A DNA stretch of 64,000 nucleotides from Podarcis gaigeae (lineage: Eukaryota), in assembly GCA_964106915.2 (NCBI GenBank), contig OZ066924.1; one strand, 5' to 3'. The translations under genes and the position numbers were made by a program. Numbering within the stretch: position 1 is the stretch's first letter; every line of letters begins with the position of its first letter. The notes below the pieces were generated by a model. It was not told where the DNA came from and did no database searches. It worked only from the letters and a program-made list of their open reading frames with translations. Of the stretch, positions 13,436 through 25,994 are shown in pieces.

Positions 13436-13555
13436 CTTTTAAAACTGCCTTTCCTTGCAGTAGACCTGGTTGTTCTTTTAGAATGGCCTGAATTGCTGTC
13501 AGAATTGCTAGTTTCAGGCTGTTTACTTTTCTGAACACTGGACTGCAGAATTACC
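13436..13555 (-). CDS. CDC14B: CDC14B exon 13, 120-nt symmetric cassette exon (VILQSSVQKSKQPETSNSDSNSGHSKRTTRSTARKGSFK)
   Basis: tcctttcAG / GTgag boundaries, phase 2-2. Matches recalled human VILQSSVQ...KRTTRSASRKSSVK; skipping preserves the frame. Confidence 0.92.
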
Positions 13556-14374
13556 CTGAAAGGAGTAGGAGAAAGAAATTACTTAAAAGTAAACTGAAAT
13601 GTACATAACGTACGAAGATAAATATGGCATATAGTTTTCTACCTAAAAAAACCTACATAAGATGCTTAAAAGACAGGATTTTGTGGACAACTGATTTTGA
13701 TCTTTCCTCATTGTGTGTGGGGTAGTATTCAGATTTCTGCTCTGTTTTAAATCCACTAAAACTTTTCATTCAGACTATACAGCCAACCATTTTGGGCTCA
13801 AGTTTTTACTTCCAAAACAGAGAAGCAAAAGGTTTTCTTTCTTTCTTTCTTTCAAGTGCAACAAAAGTGCCTTTATGGATCCTACCATACAAACACCTCT
13901 GCATTACTCCTGGATGTCCTAGACAAGGCACGGGTGACCACACAATCCAACATATGAACTGATACTAAGAAATATCTAAATATAAAAAAGGAGAAGTGAT
14001 TGCCTAAGCTTGACCACTGGAGTTTATAACCAAAGAAATTGGTTTTTACACACATGGAAAAACCATCTGTGAATCCCTACACTGGGGCTCAGGATTTACA
14101 AATGAACTCTTTGGTTTTCAAAAAGTTATGTGAACTAACACTTTTTTTTAAAAAAACACAAGATGATTTCTGCTTTGCTGCTATCCTGTTCTCCTAATAT
14201 CCTTGTTTTGTTTTCATGCTTTCCATGGGCGGTGAAGCAGGAACAAACTTCTTAAATTCCTCCACTTCGCTACCCAGTTATTACTGGAGAGGGGAGAGAT
14301 TTCATCAGCATACATTACCCAACTGCATCCCCTCCTCTCCTAGCTGGTGAGCTGGTGCATGCTCACACAGCATC

Positions 14375-15506
14375 TTGGATAACCATTTCTAGAGGGTGAT
14401 GCTTGGGGGGTGCACTTTGGTCCTGTGGAGCCTTCAACGTAGGGTTCCTCAAGGTTCAATCTTATCCTCTATGCTATTTAACATCTACATGAAACCGCTG
14501 AGTGAGGTTATTATTCAGAGTTTTAGAGTACGTTGTCAGCAATGAGCTGATGACACACAACAATTTCTCCTTTACATCTGCAAGTGAGGCAGTGGATGGA
14601 CAGGACCATTGTCTTGCCTCGGTCATGGACTGAAGCTCAATCCAGGTCAGACCAAGACATGGTCAGTGGGCAGCTCCCTAGACCGGATGCCAGCTCTTGA
14701 TGGAATTACACTCCCTCAGAAGGAGCGGGTGCATAGCTTGGGGGTACTCCTGGATCCTTTGCTTTCGCTGGAGGCTCAGGTGGCCTCAGTGGTGTGGAGC
14801 ACCTTCCATCAGTTTTGGCTGTTGACCCAGCTGCACCTCTATCTGAACAGGGATGACCTAACTTCCATTGTCTATGTTCTGGTAATCTCTAGGCTGGATC
14901 ACTGTGATGTGTTATATGTAGGGCTGCCTCTGAGGATGGTTTGGAAACTTCAGCTGGCGCAGAATTTGGCATCCAGGCTGCTCACCGGGGCAGGACGGTT
15001 TGAGCACATTACGCCAATCCTGGCCTGACGGCGCTGGCTGCCGAATAGTTTCCGGAACCGATTCAAAGTACTGGTTTTAACCTGCAAAGCCTTAAGTGAC
15101 TCAGGACCACAATGCCTCAAGGACCACCTATTTGAACCACCCTGGACCCCGCAATCATCATCTGAGGCCATTCTTTGTGTGCCTCCTCCACGAGAGGTCC
15201 AGGGGGGTAGCAACACGAGAACAGGCCTTTTCTGCAGTGGCTCCCAGTTTGTGGGATGCTCTCCCCAGGGAGGCTCGTCTGGCACCTTCATTATACCTCT
15301 AAGGGTGTTCTCTTCTACCAGGCCTTTGGCTGATTAACAATTCTATGTCCTTTTAAATGTGTTTTTGGGAGGGGGGTATTATTGGCTTGCTCTTTTTTTG
15401 GTTCTTGTTTTTATTACGTATTTTGTGTTTTCATTTGGTATTTTTATGGTGTGAGCCACCCTGAGATCTTCGGATGAAGGGCGGTATACAAATTTAAACA
15501 AATAAA
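14375..15506 (+). mobile_element. 5'-truncated L2-clade LINE with degenerate reverse transcriptase and 3' tail
   Basis: GVPQGSILS.MLFNIYMKPL and *ADDTQ (YADD) motifs, downstream LGVLLDPLLSLEAQV...SRLDHC, with frameshifts and stops; ends gggcggtatacaaat...aataaa. Confidence 0.9.
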
Positions 15507-17634
15507 TCCCATATCTTCATGAAGCTCTGATACTGTAGAAGAATGTGCCCCCGTCTGTTCCTGTAAGCAATTAAGTGGGCTGCAGTAATAGTTCTGTTCA
15601 TTGAAACATTCCAGGAGGGACAATGGCTAGGTGACTATGGATTTCTTTATTCTTACTTTTTTAAAATAATAATAATAATAGTGCTTATATTTTTGATATG
15701 CTTTTAGTTTATTTCTATTTATTCTATTTTTAGCCACTTTAGATATCTAAAAAGGCATTCCTGAAAACTTTAAAAGGACAGTAAAAATTCAGGTCAGCTA
15801 TTAAAAAAACAAATTTCCTCCACAAAGGGTATGAACCAGTCATTGAGAGGACAATTAACAGAGCAATCCTAACTTACCTTTACACCAGAATTGGGGAAGA
15901 GGGAAAGAGTGATTAGCTGGTACAATGGGAGCCAGAGCAGGAGGCTGGGAACAACAGATTTCACCCCTCCTGCAGTAGGAGGGAATTAACTACAGCCACC
16001 CCATGACAGGCATTCAGTTTCAGTGATTCTGTGGGCATGTGAGGGAAACAAAGGGCCTATGGTTCTGGTGTTCCCATAACCAGCCCCGATAAACACCCTT
16101 GTTACCTCCTCCACCCAATATCACTGGTGGAAGGTCTATGCCAGTGGAGATCTAAGTGTCTTCTCACTGGTACACCTCCATCTCCATCATAGGAGCACTC
16201 CCAGGGACAAAGGATTGCTCCATTAAGATGCTAAATCTCTCTTCTACAACAGTGGCCCCTCCTTCTCCCCCCACATTTTGTAAGTGGGTGCATTTCAGAT
16301 AAGCGACAGGTTCTGCAAGACTGCCACTGTAGTGGCAACTGAAAAGGGGAGAGACAGTTTAATTCCTCACTGTAATTGCCTCTTTCGCTTTGTGACACCA
16401 ATTCATTTCACTGGTTGCAATGCATAGCTCATCGCTTCTGTTGTGAGACAAGAAATGTGCCTCAAGTCTCCAGGAGTTAATAAAATGCAAGCTATTCTAA
16501 GCACACTAAGGCTGATGTGTATACAGTGATTTACTGCATTTTTAAAACTAAAAATGCAGAATATGCTGATTTCCAGAAACAACACAGAGCAAGACAATGG
16601 TCTTCAGCTATATAGAATGGGAGCGGGCATCTGAATGAAATGGCTAGGAGCTGCTATCAAGGTTCCAGCAATATGTGAATGACATCCTGTTCTTTCTCTT
16701 TATTCCCTGCATTGTAGGGGGTTGGACTAGATTGCCCTGGGAATCACTTCCAGCTGTACATTTCTAAGATTCTATATTTATCAAGTTAAGGAAATCATCT
16801 ATGCCTCATTTCTGTAGGTTTAAATTGGAGCATATAACCTACTAAGCTAGTAAGAGTTAAGGACTGAAAGTTGCAATGAAGCACAAGCTGCTCAACACAA
16901 TACCTTCTTGTTAAAGATACGAGAAAATGTGAAATATTCCAAAGTATCACTAGGGGGCATAAGGCCTCGTTTCTTAAATCGGCCCAGTACAATCCAAGAC
17001 ACAACAAACTTTCCTTTTTCATAAACTATTTTGCATTTCCATCTTAAATCAGACAGAAAGGTAGGATTTAAGACTTTCATATGCGAAAAAATCCAGAATA
17101 CCTGCAATCCAGAAAATAGTTTTCCCCTTTTCATTCCTTCACTTACAGCACAATCCTATGCAGCCTTATTCACAGGGATTGCAAGTTTCAGTGTCTGACC
17201 TGTACTGCCATAACAAAGCACTGTCTGCATCTTTTCAAACCCATAATCTGAGAATCAAAATCCAGCACAGATTACTGAGGCAAGGTAGGTATTCAAAACT
17301 AGTCCAGAACTTGGAGATGAAGAAAACCCCAAACGACCTTTCATATGCCGATAACAAGAGAACACCAGACAAGAAACGAACACCGTCCTGCAAATGCCTG
17401 GCAGTTTTCGAAGGGCAATTCTAAAGCACACAAATCGCAATCAGTTTTTCTTGTAAAAGCAAGTAGCCCAAGTTCCATAATGCCTTGTAAAAAAAAGGGG
17501 GGGAAGGGAAAAAGAAGGAGGGTGCAAAAGCTTGGTGCATGCATTTATGAAGGAGGCGAGAAGGTGAACTTCTGTAAAGAATGTAATAGGGACACACTTA
17601 CACTATGACTCTGTCAAGGGAGGTCCTGCTGGAC

Positions 17635-17746
17635 CTAGGTTCTTAACCCATCTAGACAGAATAGGAGGTTGGGAAGAAGGGAGCCACACACAATCCACCA
17701 GATGACAATGCTACTCAGGACAGACACCAGCATAGCTAGGAGACAT
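17635..17746 (-). CDS. CDC14B: CDC14B alternative C-terminal exon encoding a hydrophobic tail (CLLAMLVSVLSSIVIWWIVCGSLLPNLLFCLDGLRT*)
   Basis: Pyrimidine-rich acceptor cccctttttAG at 17748-17747; phase 2 fits exon 12; TAG at 17637-17635. Resembles the recalled mammalian variant tail CPLAVLTSALCSVVIWWIVCDYILP.LLFCLDG. Confidence 0.88.
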
Positions 17747-18268
17747 CTAAAAAGGGGTGAGGGCGGGGAGGAAGAGATGGATATGAAATCAAAGGGGGAA
17801 ATAAGGAACTCTTTTTTTAAAGAAATGAGTGGTACATTTCAGCCAGTTGCAGTTGAAAAAAAGGAAAAAAGCTCTATCCGTGTTCTTTGGTGCTGTGGGG
17901 GGAAATCCCTTCCCTGTTCAAAAGCCATGCTGTATTTTTAGGGAGATTATTTTAACCTTCGTTTGATTTACAAGGTGAATCTAGGAAGGATTCTGCAAAT
18001 CACTTTTCACCTAAAATGCCCCAAACCCTGTCTTAGCTGGAAATTAACTGACAGATTTGTCCTAATGCCATTTAAGAATACAATTTAAGAGCCTGCTGCA
18101 TCAGGGTCCATTTAGTCTAGCATCCTCACAGTGGTAACCAGGTACTTATGGGAAGCTAAAAAGCAGGACCTGAGTGCAATCTGTGCCCTTAAAAACACAC
18201 AGGACAAAAGCTCGTTCATAATATAGCGTACCAATATTAAATGCTCTCTGTGGGAGGGTCCATCAATT

Positions 18269-18358
18269 CATAGCTGTCAACGTTTCCCTTTTTAAAAGGG
18301 AAATTCCCTTATTCCGAATAGGATTCCTTGCAAGAAAAGGGAAAAGTTGACAGCTATG
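18269..18358. mobile_element. 90-bp hAT-type MITE
   Basis: CATAGCTGTCAAC/GTTGACAGCTATG TIRs; perfect 8-bp TSD catcaatt. Confidence 0.88.
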
Positions 18359-19000
18359 CATCAATTAGGCTACATCTGCTTCACTAATATTTGGTCTGCC
18401 TGATCTAACAGCAACATCAGCATCAAAACATACATACACACACACTTCAAACAAAACAGAGAGAGAGAGAGATGTGCTGCTTTTCTACATTAAAATTATA
18501 TTTTAAAAGTATTACATATTTTTTACCCGATATGCTTTTTTTCTAACCATAATGCACATGCAAAATAATTTATTTTGGCCAAAAACCTTCACACTCTCAC
18601 ACACAAACACAGGGAACTGTTCCAGTAGCAGTTTCCCTAAAAAGCAGAAAGCAAGAAACTTATAAGTTATGGGCAGTAAAACCAATCCTGGAAGGGCCTT
18701 GTTTTGTAGCTGTTTTGTTTTAAAAAATACACTGAAACAAAGAAGCTTTTAGGCAATGATGTAATGTTCGGTTTAGTAAGTGTTTTGTGATTTAGCCAAT
18801 GAGCCTGATATGTTAGGAGATGTGGCAGAGAGGAGAATTTACTGCTGATAAGGAACTGAGAAGACTTGGACATCAAGGTGACAGCTAGTGGCAATGAATT
18901 AATTGTGTGCAACTTTTAGAGTACCTAAAAACATACTGAAGAAGTCAGTCTTTAAGAAAGAGGCTTTTGCATTTACAGATGCAAAATGAAATTAACTTAC

Positions 19001-19101
19001 GTTAGTGGAACTGAGTTTCCTTTTGACTGCCGTTTACTTTTCAGGGCACGAAGCTTATCTCCTTGCGTAACGGAGTGCATTTCTTCTTCATCATCACTGT
19101 A
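19001..19101 (-). CDS. CDC14B: CDC14B exon 12 ([34 protein letters not shown])
   Basis: AG/GTaagt boundaries, 101 nt; conserved Cdc14 TQGD-LRALKS-R motif. Confidence 0.95.
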
Positions 19102-19560
19102 CTGTAAAGAAATAGTAAGCCATTGGAATAATAGTATACTTCAAAGTCTTGATGCTGAAGCATAAAACTTGATGCATACCAGACTACCTAAAGTAGCAAG
19201 AGATTTCATAAAAACAATTCTTTAGCATTTTGGTGCGTATCTGTTTATTTTCTTGTTAACACAGGCATAAAAACCCACAGGAGGAACGCCCTCTCCCCAG
19301 CAACAGAAACTTGTGTGTGTATCTCTCTTCTGCTACTCAAAAAGGAATATCTAAATTCAACTATATTATGCCCATACCTCACCTGTAGAATGTCCTTTCA
19401 ATCTTGCTCATTCGTCACACATTTTTCCCTACTCTTAGGATGCTTTTTAGGAATAGGAATACAGAAGAGCATAAAAAAAGAATCCAAGCACGTTTGCTTT
19501 ATTATACCCACATTTAGCAGTGCCCTAAGATTTACAACAGCACGACGTTCGGGTGATTAC

Positions 19561-19714
19561 CGGTTCAGAATCTTTACTGCTGCCAATCTGACTTTTGGAA
19601 TCATGAATTGAAATGTCATCTACTCCTGAAAGAATTTTTGTCACAGTGTATTTTGCAGTCTTCCTTAGCTTTGCACGGAGAATATCACCTTCCAACCAAA
19701 GTTCTGACTGTTTC
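19561..19714 (-). CDS. CDC14B: CDC14B exon 11 (KQSELWLEGDILRAKL...LSGVDDISI...EP)
   Basis: AG/GTaatc boundaries, 154 nt, phase 2-0; LWLEGD and LSGVDDISI motifs. Confidence 0.95.
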
Positions 19715-21388
19715 CTGTTGCGGAGAGAAAATACAGTAGAAATTGCCAATATCAGTTTTTGACTACATTTATAAATCCAAATTCATAGGTTATGCAGAGT
19801 CCAGTAGCAGGTGTGCCATCCTCTAATGTGGTACAAAATGGTCTCAATATAGTCATGTAAAATATTTATCGCCTTGCATCCAACTATGCTCTTCCATTTG
19901 CAGAATTGCTTTGACCTAGCAGTGGTTTCCAGTAATTGGAAAATGAGGGGTTTTTTTGCCAGTTCCTCCTCCTCCTCTTTGCAACACCCTCCCCAACAAC
20001 AACAAAAAAGCAATCTGCTCTGGAGGGTTGGTAGAATCTTTGGAACAGCATGGGAAGTAGTGTGGAGGGATGCCGGGGGAATCATTAAAAATTGTCTCCC
20101 TTGCATTAGAGTGGATCTCAGCTGAATCAAAAGCCCTTTTGTGAACAGATGGATGCAAACCAGAGTTGTTGGTTTTTTAAAAAACAACAACAACTATAAT
20201 TCTATTTCCACCTTGAAAGTTTTACTGAAAGGCAGGAGACAAACGTTTCAGAGAGCTATTGCTGTTGTTTGTTTAAAACAATTAGACGTATTAGTAGATA
20301 AAGAAGTTGCTTTCAGTCTGCTGGCAGGCTTAATGAGTGCCGACTGAAGTCTTGCAGCGTACTTGTTTGTCATACTATTCCGATGCTAAGGCATCAATCA
20401 GTATTGATATTTTAATCACTGCATTTTAAACATTTCATTCCTATGTCTTGTAGATGTTCTTCACCTTAAAAAACAATAATGTTTAATTTCATTTTTGTAT
20501 ACACTTCAGTAGTAATTCATATATATTGATGTTTCTACCCAATTCTGTGCCATAGTCTATAATTTTGAGGTTGGGTTTTCTGCTTTCCTTCCCTTTTCTT
20601 TAAGGCTTAGTCCAGGCAGAATGTGTGCGCAACTGTACAGGCGCTGTGAATTCAGCTTCTGTCATTAATACACATTCAGCCGCTGAATTCTACTGCATAC
20701 CCTGCAAGTGTCTCAGGGGGAAAAAAGAGACATCCCATTTTTTCTCATGATAGAACAGTGGCCATTTGGGTTGCTGCGATGCTGTGCAATTTCATGGTGC
20801 AATTTTTCCCTGAAAAAAGCACTTTTGGGGGGGCCGCAATCTTGCATGGTGCCCCAAAACATGGATTTTGGGGCGCTGTGCCTGAAGAAAGCAGTTTTTT
20901 GGGGGGCTGCAGCACAAAATCACATGAGATCACAGCAACCAAACTGGCTGGTGTGCTCTCACACAAAAAAATGGGAAGATGGTGTCTGTAAAGAAGGCAT
21001 CCCTGATTTGGGCTTCATAGTGTTGGAAGGTATGCTACTGATGGGAAAGCAAGTCAAAGACACACAGCTCTAACCAGATGCCGGTGACTGTAGGCTGCTT
21101 ATACTGCAGTTTCCGATTTACGTGTAAAGCAGCAAACAGCAGACCAAGCCAGTAGCCAGAATTACCAGTGTCTTCAGAAGACACACAGCCAATCGCTGCT
21201 CTCTATGTGGGTAACTGCTGTTTTATGCTCCTAACCTCCTTTAACCTATATTTAATATATCAGAAGGCAGAATGGTCATTACCAATTTGTGAGAGGCCAG
21301 GTCCCGGTCACAGCATGCAAATAATTAAATAGTTTCAGCACTGATTCAATCTTCGGGGGGGGGGGGATGGATTTAAAGGCATACTTAC

Positions 21389-21527
21389 TCTAACAGGAAG
21401 TGCTGCTGTGCTCCAATCACAGAGCCAGGTCTGCAGATTCTAATCCAGGCAATCGCTTCAGCAGCAGTCATCCTGTAATGCTTCATAATGTAACAGGCTA
21501 TAAGTGTGCCAGTTCTGCCAAGTCCAG
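21389..21527 (-). CDS. CDC14B: CDC14B exon 10 ([47 protein letters not shown])
   Basis: AG/GTaagt boundaries, 139 nt; second half of the HCxxGxxR catalytic motif. Confidence 0.97.
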
Positions 21528-23673
21528 CTGCGTGAAAGACAAATAAGCTCGTTCTTTTTTCTGGCTTTTGCAAGCAGATCCTCAGTCAGGCTTTATCATG
21601 CTTGTATGCTCCCTCTGCAAACCACAATTGCTTGGGCCCTACATTTCTTAGGCCAGGCCTTCACAAAAAGCAACCCCAAGCACATCAGGCCATGTATCTG
21701 GTATGTGTGTGTGTGTGTGGGGGGGGGAACGACACTATATAAGCTCAGTCATACATCACATGCTCTGCATGCGAAAGGTCCCAGTGTGATAGGAATTTTA
21801 TGGTCTTAGATATATGGTAATGTTCATAAGTGTACCAACCAAGCACATACATAGATCAGCACAGGAAAGCCAATGTGGAACCATTTTGATTCCTAAACTG
21901 AGCAAATGTTTTCTCTGCAAGGTCAAACTGGAAAAGCCTCCCCATAGTCTTTTCCTTCACAAATCCTGTCTTAAGGGAATGTCTGTGTTTGAATAGGGTG
22001 TGAGCCTGTGACATGGCCCAGGAACTAAGTATTTATCACTACAAAAGAATGGCCAGGCTCCCCAGGCAATCCAATCAAGTAACCTGCCAGACAGGAGATA
22101 AACAAGGACAGGAGAAAAACAATATTCAAATTTCTGTTTTAGACCGCCTTTTCTGTGATGTAGGTGTGGTGTATCTGAGGGGTGGTCTTAAGTTACACCC
22201 CTTCTGTGATGTATGTATAATGTTTCTGGGGGTGGTCTTGATCTACAGGGTGGCAATTTCAAAAGTCTTTATAAGGCCTTGCACACCATTTTTTTGGGTC
22301 CCTCCTCTCTCCTGCGGCTGAGGGGAGCACCCTGTTGCAACAGATCAATAAAGGCCAAGCCTACAGGCTGCTGTTTAGCTCCAAGTTATCCTGGTTGGTG
22401 TCTTTGTTTTTTGTCCAAGGGAGCCCTTGGATTTTTCCGTTAACACCAGGTTAAATCTCCAGCATTTCCAGTTAATAGGATCCATCGGGATGCAGATAAT
22501 GAGGTTGCCCCTTTTCTGCTTCTGGAAAGCCACTGCCAGTCAGAGCAGACAGCCCTGGGCTAGAGGCACCAATAGACTTGCTATGAGGCAGTTACCTATG
22601 TTCCTATTCTGGCTTGAAATAATACTCTTTTCTGTAACTGACAGTATCCTCTGTGGTCAGCTCAGAGTGCCCTGTTGATGTATTTTATAAACAAATTTAA
22701 ACAACAAATGCTTGAGCAGATCCAAGCCTGAATGAGGCTCCTCAGCTTTCATCAATCTCTTCGATTGGTATGGAGATGCTCCTGAGCTGAGCCACCTGTG
22801 GCCCTCTGGGGAAATGGCAGGGGGGGTACCCAATTTTCAACAACTCTGCTCCCTCCTAATCCCAAGTTGCTCACAGCTCACCCCATTCAGGAAGTGCTCT
22901 CCAACCTGTTTGAATTCAACACGCTGTAAGTGTAATCAAAATTTTCTAAACTGCACCAAAGGCATACCTGGACATAAGGTGGCAGCCAAAAGTTTGTTCT
23001 GGAAGGGATCTTTCAAAGTGAGCTTAGCTTTCGATACCCAGATTTGTAATATACAAAAAAGCAAACTGAAATATGCCCATATGTTATTCTGTAAGGATGT
23101 TCACCTTTATTGTTACTTCTAAAGGCTTGAGCTGCACGCTGTCACTTTTCCCCCATAAAAAACTTTCATACCTCCTGGGTGACTTATGATGAGGCTTACT
23201 TGTAGCAGGTGGCCTTGCTAGAATGCTTTTTATTTACTACACATTTATGCAGGTAACTTATTTATTTCACATTTGTGCTTGTTACAGTTTAGTGGAATCC
23301 ACTGGAACACAGGCCGAAAGCAGAATCTTTAGAGACTTACTGCTTCCATTTCTCAGACTCTATCTAAACTATGTATGATTAGCAAGATTCCACATGGAAG
23401 TTGGAAGTAGTAACCTAGCAAGAGGCCACAGCATAGGGATAAGATGGAAGAAAAAGCAGACTTCCAACATCCTAATGACAGAGATGTCAGAATCCTTGCA
23501 GTACAAATGATTTTTAAGAGAAACTGGTGTGATTTTGGTCAAATTGCTAAAAAATAAAAATGCTGCTTAATGGCTGAACTAAGTGATGGTTAATAATGCA
23601 TGCTGTGCATCCCAAAAAGTTAGTGCTATCCCAAAAAGTTAGTGTCAATTACTTTAACTCATGATTCCTGTAC

Positions 23674-23904
23674 CTTTGCAATGAACTGCTATAGCACCTT
23701 CAGCGTTTTCACAAATACTTAGGAATGTTCTGATGATGGCATCATTAGGTATACTTCCATCAGCAAAGAAGAGTTCATAATGCTCAAACCCTGCATCTTT
23801 AAATCTCCTTGCATCATACACTCTCTTGTTCAGACGGATTATAGTGGTAACATTATGTCTTCTGAAGTAGGGAAAATAGGCCTCGGGGGCGTGATGTGGG
23901 TAAC
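23674..23904 (-). CDS. CDC14B: CDC14B exon 9 ([27 protein letters not shown]...FFADGS...GAIAVHCK)
   Basis: AG/GT boundaries, 231 nt; general-acid FADG loop and catalytic Cys (VHCK). Confidence 0.97.
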
Positions 23905-24026
23905 CTGGAAGAAAGGAACCAAGGAACATTTACGGCAGTGTAGAACAAAATATCAAGCAAGCCACCCAAAAGACCCCACCAAAACCTATCAACCCAGCCC
24001 GTTTTCAAATACTGATTTCTATAGTT

Positions 24027-24401
24027 CAGCTATGTCCAACCGGTTGACCGCGATCGATAGGTAGATCCCAGGAAAATCGCAGCTGGTCGCAGGATCCTTA
24101 TCGATCACGGGATTCAAAGCAATGTATAATGAATGTTTGCGCCCCCTGCCCCGTTCCTACGTAGCTTCAAAAGGGCAATCATTTCTAGTCTGCTGCTGAC
24201 ATTACTTGGCTTTATTGTTCTGTGTGCTTGTTAGTGTTGTAGTTAATGGTTAGCCTCCCCCCCCCCAAAAAAAAATCTCAACAACTCTGGCCTTTCCCTC
24301 CTAAAATAAGTCCCTCCTCCCTCCAATGACTATGGGTAGATCACAGCCAGTTTTTTAATATTGGGAGTAGATCACAGTCTCTTGGAAGTTGGACGTGGCT
24401 G
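24027..24401. mobile_element. Non-autonomous hAT element in the intron between exons 8 and 9
   Basis: CAGCtatGTCCAAC / GTTGGACgtgGCTG TIRs; TSD ctatagtt/ctatagta. Confidence 0.8.
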
Positions 24402-24459
24402 CTATAGTAACAAATAATGTACTGTTTCCGCCGCAAGTGCCTCTATCTTTTAAACATAC

Positions 24460-24547
24460 CATTTTCAATTTTACTTCTTGAGTGTGGGCCACTGAAGGCA
24501 ATGAATTTTTTTGGTATTATCCAGTTAAAGTCTCCATTTTCAGCCCT
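24460..24547 (-). CDS. CDC14B: CDC14B exon 8 ([29 protein letters not shown])
   Basis: AG/GTatgt boundaries, 88 nt; ENGDFNWI motif. Confidence 0.96.
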
Positions 24548-24915
24548 CTGTTAAGAAAACAGAAGAATTGTTTACTTCATCCCTAAAGCATCCCTGACAT
24601 TAGTCACATTTGCTTCGGTGAACATAGTGAGGATGACGAGGAATGCTGATGTAAGGTTTTGCAGAATAAGAATGTGTAATTCCGATTTCATCTGGGATTA
24701 TAGACCACATGCTCTCACACTGTCATGCGACAGCCTTAAGTGTATTGAAACATCTTTTTGTTATTTACCTTACTTTCCTTGACTCCACATACTTAGATAT
24801 AGACTATCTTGAAAACAGAAAAAATCAAGAGCTATAAGTAATGCATGCCAATTTTAAGCAAAGACAGTCTCAGCAGCAATTATAAGTAGACATCAGTAAA
24901 CAGAATGATGCTTAC

Positions 24916-24978
24916 CTCATAGTGTTCATATTCATCTACATCAAATGAATTGAAATCAAGGAAGCCATACCGCAAAGC
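24916..24978 (-). CDS. CDC14B: CDC14B exon 7 (ALRYGFLDFNSFDVDEYEHYE)
   Basis: AG/GTaagc boundaries, 63 nt; EYEHYE acidic groove motif. Confidence 0.96.
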
Positions 24979-25568
24979 CTAAAATTTGCAAGAGAGTAAC
25001 TTTAAAAACAACAACATAAGCCTTTTAGAATGGACCATAAATGATCACTTTTACTGTGTCTCTTTTACCATTCCATATTATCTACATTGTCTGAACTAAA
25101 ACTTTACTTATGTAAATGATACATGCGAAACACTCAGAAATTGCTGTGTAAGTGTAATTATGACTACTACCCATGCAGTCACTCCTGCTCACACAATGGA
25201 ATTTATTTATTTAAAACACATTGGGTCGCCACAAAGCTAATAAAAATAAACAACAGCTGGCTTACTGACCAGTGAAAGCCCACTCCTGAGGATCAGAGGA
25301 CCCTGAATGATGCATTGTTTGGAATGAGAGGCTGCAAGAAGAGGGGGACTGATAGAATTTGGGGAGTGGGAGACATCATACAAACATGGAAGTACAGTCT
25401 AATCTCACTATGGACCCAAACCACAATTGTGATTTGGCTTATTTTCCCCTCTTCCTAATTATCCAATCTTTTGGAAGAGTAATCTTTCAGATTTCAAACT
25501 GTCCAGAATCCCATAAGGTTCTGATCAAAATACAGGGTTCCAGATCACATGGAATTTATTTCACTAAC

Positions 25569-25635
25569 CTTATTTACCGCCTGAAAGCAGTCGAGCAGCG
25601 TTAGATGAAAACTGCAGGTACCAAACGCAGCATCC
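25569..25635 (-). CDS. CDC14B: CDC14B exon 6 (DAAFGTCSFHLTLLDCFQAVNK)
   Basis: AG/GTtagt boundaries, 67 nt, phase 2-0. Confidence 0.95.
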
Positions 25636-25741
25636 CTGCAAGGCACACAAGTGTGAACTCAATGTTGGCCAACTTTCCTAAGGAAAATTTTTAAGGCTTC
25701 CTGACTTGGCTACAACACACTCTAGCTAGTGATTTCTATTA

Positions 25742-25970
25742 GAGTCATACCTCGGGTTAAATATGCTTCGAGTTGAGCGCATTTGAGTTGTGCTCCTCGG
25801 CAACCCGGAAGTAACGGAGCTCATTACTTCCGGGTTTCACCGCTTGCGCATGTGCAGACACTCAAAAGGACATCACGCACATGCGCAGACTTGCTGTCAT
25901 TAGTTATGTTTACCTCTAGATGCGAACAGGGCTCCGGAACGGATCCCGTTCGTATCTAGAGGTACCACTG
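25742..25970. mobile_element. Tc1/mariner (Tigger-like) MITE
   Basis: ...agtcatacctcgggtt ... gaggtaccactg|TA; homologous to 42199-42449. Confidence 0.8.
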
Positions 25971-25994
25971 TAGTTAACAGCAAGCAGATAAATA

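Noticed and set aside
14609-15028. 139-aa ORF as a host gene
   Set aside because: Part of a degenerate L2 reverse-transcriptase ORF with flanking stops and frameshifts.
17230-17390. Possible further alternative C-terminal exon (TVFVSCLVFSC... or DGVRFLSGVLLL...)
   Set aside because: Weak polypyrimidine tract and no convincing match to known CDC14B tails; may be conserved non-coding sequence.
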